Origin: Mobula hypostoma
Lineage: Eukaryota
DNA: 64,000 bases
Assembly (NCBI RefSeq): GCF_963921235.1
Contig: NC_086097.1
Location: forward strand, 27,034,001 to 27,098,000
Direction of reading: 5' to 3'
Of the stretch, positions 54,202-64,000 are shown in pieces; the first letter of the stretch is position 1, and every line of letters starts with the position of its first letter. The translations under genes and the position numbers were made by a program. A model generated the notes under the pieces. That model made no database searches, was not told the origin of the DNA, and was given only the letters and a program-made list of their open reading frames with translations.

Positions 54202-56217
54202 CTGCGGGGAGTTCAGAACACTCGTGAATGCTGCTCATATGATGCCACGCGCCTGTGAGCTTTTCACTGCACTGTGCATACACGGTCCTGCGTAAATGAC
54301 AATAAACTCGACTTTGACTTTGAGAGTGACCCAGCCAACCAGACGTGGGTTTCAAAAATAAAAGAAAATCACAGGTAAATAGAAATTAAAATTATGGAAG
54401 CACTCAGCACGTCAGGCAGCATCTGTGGAGAGAGAAACAGTAAACGTTTCAAGTTTATTAAATTATGAGCGGCATAGATAGAGTGGACAAAGAGTATCTG
54501 TTTCCCAGGGAAGAAATGTCTAATACCAGAGGGCATGCAGCAAAAGTGAGAGGGGGTAGGTACAAAGGGGATGTGAGGGGTAAATTTTTTGGGGGGATGC
54601 CCGGAATGAGCTGGCTGGTATAGGTAAATACATTAGAGGCTTTTAAGAGACAGTTAGATAGGCATGTGAATGTGAGGAATATGGAGGGATATCGACATTG
54701 TGTAGGTAGGAGGGATTAGTGTTTGTGTGTATTTGATTTGCTTTTTGGCTGGTTCAGCACAACATTGTGGGCCGAAGGGCCTGTTCTTGGGCTGTACTGT
54801 TCTGTGTTCGAGACTTTGGGAAACAGAAAATGAGTTAGAACATAGAACAGTTCTGAGACGACGTTTTAACCTACTCCCCCACTCTCTGTATTAAAAAAAT
54901 ACCCCTGGCCTTCCCCCTTTCCTCCAACCACAGTTTTAGGTTAGAGTTTTAGAGACTGAGTTATACAGCACAGAGCCTGTGTCTCTATTTCCATGAGAGG
55001 TTAAGGAGGTTCGGCTTGTCGACGAAGATTCTACAGAGGTACTGGTGAAAGTGTCCTGACTGGCTGCATCATGGTCAACTATGGCAATTCTTAAGAACAT
55101 AAGGATCTGCAGAGAGCCAAAATGGCACAGACAACCAGCGACTCGTTGTGTGCAGTTCCAAAAGGAATCATCGAATATTCCCGTTCAGCACTACGACAGC
55201 TGAAATCCACAGTCAGAGCCATGGGCATTTCAGTAAGCAACATGGTCTTAAGCTCTATTTATTTAATTTATTTTATATACTGTATATTTGTTGTAATTTA
55301 CTGTTTTTATATTATGTATTGTACTGTACTGCTACAACAAAACCACAAATTCCACAGCGTATGCCAATGATATCAAACCTGATTCTGATTGTGAATAGTG
55401 TACTCTGCCCAACTAATGCTAGATTTAATAATGAAAGAAAATCTTGTTATTTATGTTTGTACAGCAAGGTAACAGGCTCTTGTATTTCAACTATCACCAT
55501 CCTGAAGTGTTTTACCATCTCAGAGTGCTGCAATGCCTGAATCCTGGAAGGTTACAGAATTATAAGGTCATAAAGAATGGAAAGAGGCCATTTGGCCCAG
55601 CTTATCCGTACTAGCCAAGGTGCCTTCCTGAGATAGTCCCAGTTGCCTGCATTGGCCTGTATCTTTCCTATCCATGTTTCCATCCAAGTGTCGATAAAAC
55701 ACTCTAATTGTACACACCCCCACCACCTCCTCTGGCAGCCCGTTCCATATTATCACCACTCTCTGCCCCCCCCCCACCCCCAGATTCCCTTAAGCGCGAG
55801 AGGAACTGGAAGATACGGAGGTGTGGTGGAAGGAGTTGCCATAGAAACCCAGCTGCTGGGCAATGCCTATTCTCACTCAGTGAGGGAGTTAGTAGAATGG
55901 GGCATCACGGTGGCACAGTGGTCAGTGAAACGCTTTACTGCATAGTGACTTGGATTCAATTCCTACCGCCGTCTGTAAGGAGTTTGTTTGTTCTACCCAC
56001 GACCACATGGGTCCCTCTGGATGCTCCAGTGAGTTGTGGGAAAGCTATGATGATGTCAGAAGCATGGCGACATCTGAGCGTTGCCCCCAGCACATCCTCA
56101 GACCGTGCTGGATCTTTGATGCAAACAGGAGATTTCACTGTACGTGACAAATAAAACCAATCCTTATCTTTAAGAGCAGGGCTATGCTCTCGGGAGAGAG
56201 TCAGGAGCTGTACTCAC

Positions 56218-56316
56218 GTCCCTCTCGATGTAGTATGCCACAGTAGAGATGTCGGCGGGGTCTTTGGTCCCATTCTCGCTCAGCCGGATGCAGATCTCTC
56301 TGGACAACTCGTGGAC
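56218..56316 (-). CDS. EPCAM-like exon (VHELSREICIRLSENGTKDPADISTVAYYIERD), equivalent to EPCAM exon 6
   Basis: AG/GTGAGT boundaries, 99 bp; carries the family DI..VAYY.E.D motif. Confidence 0.9.
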
Positions 56317-56994
56317 CTGTTGCCAAGATGACAGGGAGGCAGGCCGTCAGTTCTGCAGGGCGGCCGACCTTCGGGGTGATAACAGGGGAGCTATTTCAAG
56401 CCTGTCGTAACAGTCAGCGTGCTCACGGTTAATCTGACTCAGGCCTCGTTTCCCCTCTGTACCAGTTCCCCATCACTCTCAATTCCCCGATCTTTCAAAA
56501 CTACCATCTTCCTCCACACTCTCTGTGACCAAGAATTCCACAGATAACAACAAATTTTATGACATATGGCAGTGATATTAAACCAGATTCTGATCCTGAG
56601 ATTCACACCCCTCTGCAAGAAAAAACATCCACCCAGCTCGGCGGTGTGTTGGGAATACTGTATCAGCGTGGATTTCAGATTCAGATTCACCTATCTATTA
56701 CGTGGACAGGGAATGTGTCGCTTGTGCGACAAGAATGTGCTGCGGGCAGCCCACAGGTGTTGCCACACATTCCGGTGCCAAGGTGGCATGCCACAGTGCC
56801 CAGTGGAATACAGGCAGCAGCAGAACGAGCCTTTTTCCTCCCCTCAATCCCTCCCACCCAGTCACAAACACACAGATGCCTCCAACCCCAGGAGGGGCCC
56901 CCTACGTCCAGGATGGGCGGGGTCGTTGGTTATGCTGGCTGCTTTCAGATTCAGGTTTATTTATCCCAAGTACATCGAAACATACAGTGAAATG

Positions 56995-57237
56995 TGTGGT
57001 AAACCATATATATATACATACATGTTTGTAACTGGGTTAACTGTCTGGACACGCCCCTCTGCTGACTGCCCCTGTGGCTCCTCCCACAGACCCCTGAATA
57101 AAGGTGATTTCGCCATTGCTCCTCCTCTCAGTCCAGGGGCAGACACTCAGCATGATGGAGGTCACATTTTACTGCGAATAAAAGCCTTTCAGTATTTACC
57201 CTACTTCCAGTCTTTTGGAGTTATTGAAGGAGCATCA
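56995..57237 (+). mobile_element. Solo LTR (243 bp)
   Basis: TG...CA termini, two internal AATAAA, 5-bp TSD AAATG at 56990-56994 and 57238-57242. Confidence 0.7.
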
Positions 57238-57639
57238 AAATGTCACCAGGCCAGCCAGGGATGTGCTGGGGAAAGACCACAAGTGTTGCCACACATTCCA
57301 GAGGCAATATAGCATGCCCCCAGTATCCAGCAAAACAACACAGAACACAACTTGCAACAAAGCAACATCAAGTCCCATTTCCACCCACCCACCCTCTCTC
57401 TCACAGGGACAGTCCTCCGACTCCAGACCTTCAGGCTCCCGGTCCCCAGTTTAGCACATCTACCCTTCCCCATTCCCCTGTCCTGCCCCCGCACCTCACG
57501 CCTCCTGCTCTAGCTCACTGTATCCCAATCAGATCTCTGAAATGGAGCTGGTTTCTCTTGGTGGAGTTGAACACTGGTGAGGGGAGCCCCCTGTACCACC
57601 TACCCACCCAGATCTCCCATTCAGGAGCCAGGTACTTGC

Positions 57640-57703
57640 CGTGATCTCCAGGATCTGGGTAGCCTTCAGGGTGTACTCTTTGACCAACTTGATGGCCACC
57701 TTC
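57640..57703 (-). CDS. EPCAM-like exon (KVAIKLVKEYTLKATQILEIT), equivalent to EPCAM exon 5; GC donor
   Basis: TTTCAG acceptor, 64 bp, phase 2 to 0. The only nearby donor that keeps the frame is GCAAGT. Confidence 0.8.
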
Positions 57704-58683
57704 CTGAAACACAAGAAACCAGAGAACTTCCTGAAGAAACAGGAAACAGAGGGCAGCACAGTAACAAGATGATAAGAGGCATAGATAGAGGGGACAGTCA
57801 GAGACTTTTTTCCAGGGTGGAAATGGCTAATACAGTGGGGTATAACTTTAAAGTGATTGGAGGAAAGTATGGGGGAGGGGATGTCAGAGAAAAATTCTTC
57901 ATGAAGAGGATGGTGAGATGAGACGGGGTCGACAGGGGGAGGAGAGGGGCTGCCTCCTGTCACGTGCTGAGTTATGTTCACAACTCCGCAGTTTCTTGAG
58001 GCACGGCAAAGGTGAGCAGAGTGAACTCCAACGGTAAACAATCGGACAGGATAGCACGATGGTTAAACTTCTGCTGGTAACAGAGAGACATGAGTTCTAA
58101 TCCCATCCCAGCAAAGACATACAATAGAATTGATGAGAAACTATATACAAGGTTTGACAAAACTATCAATGCGCAAAACGAAGACAGGCTGTGCAAATAC
58201 AAAAATACAATATATTAAAATACAAGTACATACATCAATATTGAAATTGAGTCCTTAAAATTAAGTAGAATCAGTTCAGAGTTGAGGTGAGTGAAGTTAT
58301 CCACACTGATCTGGAGCCCGATTGTTGAAGGGTAATAACTGTTCCTGAACTTGCTGGTGTGGGACCTGAGGCTCCTGTACCTCCTTCCCGATGGTAGCAG
58401 TGAGAGGAGAGCATGGCCTGGATGGGGGGTGTTCAAAGCTACTAGATTCTTGCAAGAAAACCAACCCAATGCCCTTAGGAAAAGATAAGGGCCATTCTTA
58501 CCTTGTCTGGACTGCAGATGGTGGTGGGACCTCTGGTCAGTGTTTACCAACTCGTCTCTCCACCTTCTCCCGAACCCCGGCAAAGGGGTACTGAGGCTGG
58601 TTAACTCAACACTATCAACATCTACACCCCGCCATCCCAAGTGAACCCTCATCCCCCCATGGCTCTGAAAAGATTCTACCCAC

Positions 58684-58755
58684 CGTCGAACAGCTGCCTC
58701 CTTCATCTTCAGGAAGACAAACTCGACTTTGAAGCTGAAATCAATCTGAATGAGG
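58684..58755 (-). CDS. EPCAM-like exon (HLIQIDFSFKVEFVFLKMKEAAVRR), equivalent to EPCAM exon 4
   Basis: CCTGCAG acceptor, GTGGGT donor, 72 bp, phase 2 to 2, keeps the frame open. Confidence 0.75.
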
Positions 58756-58825
58756 CTGCAGGAAGGTGAGAGATTGGATTAGTTACTGAGGCTGGTTTGT
58801 TGAAGGAACACTAACCGGTTGTTCA

Positions 58826-59017
58826 TTCCACTCCCCACCCCACTCCCCGTCCCACCCGTCGTGCAGCACCCACTCCCCGCCCCACCCATCGGCCAGCACC
58901 CAGTCCCTGCCTACCCGTCAGCCAGCACCCACTCCCTGCCTACCCATCGGCCAGCACCCACTCCCCACCCCACCCGTCGGGCAACCCCCACCTCCCAGCC
59001 CACCCGTCAGCCAGTCT
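58826..59017. repeat. C-rich minisatellite, ~29-30 bp unit, about 6 copies
   Basis: Repeated CAGCACCCACTCCC.GCC..ACCC.TC.GC units. Confidence 0.8.
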
Positions 59018-59726
59018 AGCCAAACAGCAGCAATGAGACTGTTGGTTCTGACCAGGGCCTTCCCTTTAAATCCAGAACCAACAGGGGGTGCCCTGACGCG
59101 GGACCTGAATCTCTTTCCTTCACCATACTCCCATCCAATCTGCACTCCTTCTTCTGGGTCTGTGACCCAGACCTGCCCTGCTCAGTATCCCAAGGTCCAA
59201 ATCTCTGACCCTGGGTCTGTGTCTTATTGCCCGGGTCCATACCTTTGTCTTTAGGTCTGCATCCCTTCCCTTGGCTCTCTGTCCCACTGACTGGGTCTGT
59301 ATCTTTGTCCCATCCTTCCCCATGTCATTGTCACAAGGTCTGTATCCCATCAACCCACACCCGGACCATAGTCCTCCATAACCCTCCCATCCGTGTACCC
59401 GTCCAAACTTCTCTTAAATGTTGAAATCGAACCCGCACCTACCCCTGCTGCTCACAGCTCGTTCCACACTTATGAGTGAAGATGTTCCCCTTAAACATTT
59501 CATCTTTCACCCTTAACCTATGACCTCTAGTTGCAGTCTCACCCAATCTCAGTGGGAAGGTACCCCTCAGAAGTTTGTATCTCTCTATCAAATTCCCCCA
59601 CTACATTAGGAATGAAGTCATAACCTATTCGCCCTTTCCCTCTATCTCAGGCCTCAGGTCCTGGGGACATCTTTGTCGATTTTCTCTGCACTCTTGATGT
59701 CTATTCTGGTTCTGAGTAACACTCAC

Positions 59727-59964
59727 TGGACTCGGACGAGCTGGCCGCACTTGGGGTCGTCACCGGTCTTGTCGGTGACCCTGACCCCGGCACTGTCCAC
59801 GCACCAGCAGAGGTTGGAGTCGTCGCACTGCTTGGCCTTGAAGGTGCCGTTCCGCTCGCACTCGGGGTCGTACAGGTCGTCGACCCGCCTTCCGCCCGGC
59901 TGCCTGCTGGCCGTCCGGCTCTTGTGAAGCATCTCCAGGCGCAGCAGGCGGCATTTGGGCGTCA
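59727..59964 (-). CDS. EPCAM/TACSTD2-like gene, thyroglobulin type-1 domain exon (TPKC...LYDPECERNGTFKAKQCDDSNLCWCVDSAGVRVTDK...C...VRV)
   Basis: AG/GT boundaries, 238 bp, phase 1 to 2. Six Cys with the YDPxC, FKAKQC and CWCV..AGVR.TDK motifs characteristic of EpCAM/Trop2. Confidence 0.92.
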
Positions 59965-60455
59965 CTGAGAAAGCGGGAGAGAGGCAGTGGGGAGGCGTCA
60001 TTAAAGCGTGCAGGGGAGATCTGTCGGGACTCGAGGGACCAAAGGTAAAGATAGTTTTATTTGTCACGTGTACTTCGAAACATCGAAACCGCAGCGAAAT
60101 GTTTTCCGTCATGTTTGCAGCGTACTGGCGGCAGCTCGCAAGTATTGCCAAGCTTCAGGCACCAACACAGCAGGCCCACAGCTTCTTACCATCACTAACC
60201 CCTGGGAATGTGGTGGAAACCAGAGCACCCGGAGGAAACCCACGCGGTCATGGGGAGAACGTACAAACTCCTTACAGACAGCGGCGGGAATTGACAGTGC
60301 ACTCTTGGGTGTGCTGGTTGATAATGCAAACAACACAGGTTTTGATATACTTTTTAAAACTTTCCTACTTTTTGCACTACTTAGTTCATTTAACTGTTTA
60401 ATATATATTTACTTACTGTAATTCAGTTTCCTTTTTCTCTCTGTATTGCATTGAA

Positions 60456-60885
60456 AACATAGAAACCTAGAAATCTACGGCACATTACAGGCCCTTCGGC
60501 CCACAATGTTGTGCTAACCATGTAACCTACTCGAGAAACTCCTTGGAATTTCCCTACTGCACAGCCCTCTATTTTTCTAAGCTCCGTGTGCCTATCTAAG
60601 GGTCTCTTAAAAGACCCTTTTGTATCCTCCTCTACCACCATCGCTGGCAGTGCATTCCATGCACTCACCACTCTCTGTGTGAAAAACTTACCTCTGACAT
60701 CCCCCTTGTACCTACTTCCAAGCACCTTATTTCTGTGCCCTCTTGTGCTAGCCATTTCAGCCCTGGGAAAAAGCCTCTGACTATCCACACGATCAATGCC
60801 TCTCATCATCTTATACACCTCTGTTAGGTCACCTCTCATCCTCCGTCGCTCCAAGGAGAAAAGGCCGAGTTGAAGCAACCTGTTT
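60456..60885 (-). mobile_element. CR1 3' fragment
   Basis: LGLFSLERRRMRGDL...FFTQRVVSAWNALP and a CR1 tail. Many similar fragments occur elsewhere (e.g. 27585, 42150, 52730, 61185, 63125). Confidence 0.85.
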
Positions 60886-63800
60886 CAGCGTTGTGCTGCT
60901 GCACGTGCCAGTGATATTAAACCTGATTCTGCTTCTGATTTGGGAACTAAATCTGAATCTGATGAGATCAACACACACAGTCATTTTCCCAGAGGGCACA
61001 GGTTTTTGGTGAGAGGGGAGAGATCTAAAAGGGACCTGAGGGGCAACTTTTTCACATGGAGAGTGGTTGGCATCTGGAATGAGCTGCCAGAGAAAGTGGT
61101 AGAGCGAGGTACAATAATATCTAAATGACTCTAGGTCAAGAACATGGAGAGGAAACCTAGGAAAGGCTTAAAGGGCAGCGGAGGTTTACAAGAATGATCC
61201 TGGGAATGAAAGAGTTAATGCATGAAGAGTATTCGATGGCTTTGGGCCTCTGTCGAAAGGCTTAGATAGAATGGATTTGGAGAGGATATTTCCAGTAGTG
61301 GGAGAGTCTAGGACCAGAGGGCACAGCCTCAGGATACAAGGACGTCCCTTTAGAACAGAGCTGAGAAGGAATTCCTTTACCCAGAGGGTGGTATATCTGT
61401 GGAATTCTTGGCCACATATCAGTATGGAGGCCAAATCATTGGGTATATTTAAAGCAGAGCTTGATAGATTCTTGATTAGTTAGGGTGTCAAAGGTTATGG
61501 GGAGAAGGCAAGAGGATGGGGTTGAAGGGGATAATAAATCAGCCATGATGGAATGGCAGAGCAGATGCGATGGGCCAAATGGCCTAATTCTGCTCCTATG
61601 TCTTCTGGAAATGGGTCAAACGAGAGCAATTGGGACTAACTTCGATGGGCACCTTGGTCAGCATGGATGAATTGGGCCGAAGGGCCTGTATCCGTGTTGA
61701 ATATGATGGGATGTGCAAAGTGAGTCATTGCTTACATAACTATTGCAACAAGAACAGAAATGCTGTAAGATCTCAGCCAGTACAGCAGCTTCTGGAAAGG
61801 AAAACCAGAGAATATTTTTGGTTATCTGCTTTCCAGTTCTGAGAGAGGGTCCCTGACTCAAACATTGACTGGTTTCACATTCCACGTATGCTGTTTGACT
61901 GACTGAGCCCCTTTGCAGATTCATTTTACACACCTATCACTGTACACCTTATATAAAGTGTACACCGTGTGAAAGATATTGACTTATAAACTACAGTATA
62001 TTTTATTTTACATATTATGGATACAATGAGCTAAAAATTCCCATAATAGGTATAAATAAAGTAGAGGAAGAAACACAAAAAGCTGGAAGAACTCAGCAGG
62101 TCAGGCAGCATCTCTGAAAATGAATAAACAGTTGAAGTTTTGGGCCGAGACCCTTTATCAAGACTGTAAAAGGAAGGGAGAGGATACAGAATAAAAAAGA
62201 TAGGCAGAAAGAAGGAGGGCTAGCTGGAAGGTGGTAGATGTGGCCAGGTGGGTGGGAAACCCAAAGGGCAGGAGGAGGAATCTGATAGGAGAGGAGAGTG
62301 GACCATGGGAGAAAGGGAAGGAGGAGAGGCAACAGGGGGAGTTGATAGGCAGGTGAAGAGAAGGGGTAAGAGGCCAGAGTGGGGAATAGAAAAGGGAAGG
62401 GGGAGGGGAAAAATGAAAAAAAAATTACCCGAAGGTGAAATTGATGTTCATGCCATTAGGTTGGTGTTTAATGAAGCAGGGAGTTTACGTAAATGTGTAA
62501 TGTTTATATGGAGACACCAGGGGGCAGCACAGTAGTGTGGCAATTAGTGGAACACTTTACAGGGCCAGTGAATTGGATTCGGTTTTCCCATTGCTGACTT
62601 TAATAAGTTTGTACCTTCTCCCCGTGACTGTGTGGGCTTCCTCCCATATTCCAAAGACATATGGGTAGGATTAGCGAGTTGTGGGCACGCTGTGCCGGAA
62701 GCATGGCGACACTAGTGGGCTGTGTTGGTCATCGATACAAATGACACATTTCACTGCATGTTTCGATGCACATGTGACAAACAAAGCCAATCTTTAAAAG
62801 AGACAGCAGATGCAGCAACAAACAATTTGCTGGTGGAACTCAGCGGGTCGAGCAGCATCTGTTGTGGGGGGGTGAGCAACTGTCAACATTTCAGATCAGA
62901 ACCTTGCATCTGACGGGAAATGATAAAGTGACAAGGTACCTCGTGGCAAGAGGAAATCTTCTGGGTATCAGCAGGGCACATGAAAACACAGTAGGATAGT
63001 GATTGTCAGTGTAGTTTCATTACGTGCAAGGTCTGTGATGAATATGGAATGTAGGGATTGTAAATTTGGACTCTAATCCAGGTTTATGATGTGTTCTAGT
63101 ATTTAGATCTAGTTCTGGTTGTTTTTTAGACCATAAGACCACAAGACATAGAAGCAGAATTAAGCCATCTGGCCCATCGAGTCTGCTCCGCCATTCAATC
63201 ATGGCTGATCCTTTTTTTTAATCTCTTCCTCAACCCCAGTTCCCGGCCTTCTCCCCATAACCTTTGATGCCATGTCCAATCAAGAACCTGTCAATCTCTG
63301 CCTTAAATACACACAACGACCTGGCCTCCACAGCTGCACGTGGCAACAAATTCTACAAATTCACCACCCACTGGCTAAAGTAATTTCTCCATATCTGTTT
63401 TAAATGGACGCCCCTCTATTCTGAGGCTGTGCCCTCTTGTCCTAGACTCCCCCACCATGGGAAACATCCTTTCCAAATCTGTCCAGATCTTTCAACATTC
63501 GAAAGGTTTCAGTGAGATCACCCCTCGCCCTTCTAAATTCCAGCGAGTACAGACCCACAGCCATCAAATGTTCTTCGTATTTCATTCCTGGAATCATCCT
63601 TGTGAACCTCCTCTGGACCCTCTCCAATGCCAGCACATCTTTGCTAAGATGAGTCCAGAACTATTCACAATTCTCAAGGTGAGGCCTCGCTAGTGCCTTA
63701 TAAAGCCTCAGCATCACTTCCCTGCACAGCTAGTGGCAGCAAGGGACATGAGTGATCAGTGGTATAGACCAATCACAGTCTAATTAAGCAGGGCCAACGG

Positions 63801-64000
63801 GGCTGAATACCTTTCAAAGCTTTCAAGGGGAATGGAAACCAACAGATATAAATTTTTCTGTTACTACTTTTGGCTGATTTTTGAATCGAGGTGACCTGCA
63901 GAAAATGAACACTGAGCTGAACTGTACTGAAATATACCTTCTGATTTTGTGTTTTATATTCTGTGTTTTTTCTCTTTTTTTGTTGCCATTTGCACATGGG

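Noticed and set aside
56566..57312. 248-aa plus-strand ORF
   Set aside because: It runs across SINE fragments and the solo LTR, so it is a chance open frame.
58826..59017. CRISPR-like array
   Set aside because: Degenerate tandem units without unique spacers, in a vertebrate intron.
50893..59964. Naming the gene EPCAM or TACSTD2
   Set aside because: It is divergent from both, has introns unlike mammalian TACSTD2, and neighbours PSMC1 rather than MSH2. Orthology needs a phylogeny.
61736..61791. Signal-peptide-like exon (KLLYWLRSYSISVLVAIV) of the EPCAM-like gene
   Set aside because: Its open frames end in phase 2 or 0, incompatible with the phase-1 start of the TY exon, and it has no ATG.

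Overview
Vertebrate genomic DNA, most likely a cartilaginous fish (inferred only from the CR1/Rex1/Penelope/V-SINE repeat landscape). Two convergent spliced genes are present. PSMC1 (26S proteasome AAA-ATPase Rpt2) has coding exons 2-11 on + at 20623-40446; its ATG-only first exon is not seen. An intron-containing EPCAM/TACSTD2-family gene has seven exons on - at 59964-50893, equivalent to EPCAM exons 3-9, and one GC-AG intron. Bases ~2100-19700 are a single nested stack of retro- and DNA transposons with readable target-site duplications, including an ORF2-intact CR1 and a full-length but frameshifted L1. The best candidates for novelty are: (1) a ~410-nt orphan box C/D RNA with a long G.U-rich hairpin (scaRNA architecture) ending 100 nt before PSMC1 exon 2; (2) the EPCAM-like gene beside PSMC1, a probable whole-genome-duplication paralogue absent from the human locus; (3) short Penelope-derived insertions carrying hammerhead ribozyme motifs and 14-15 bp TSDs.
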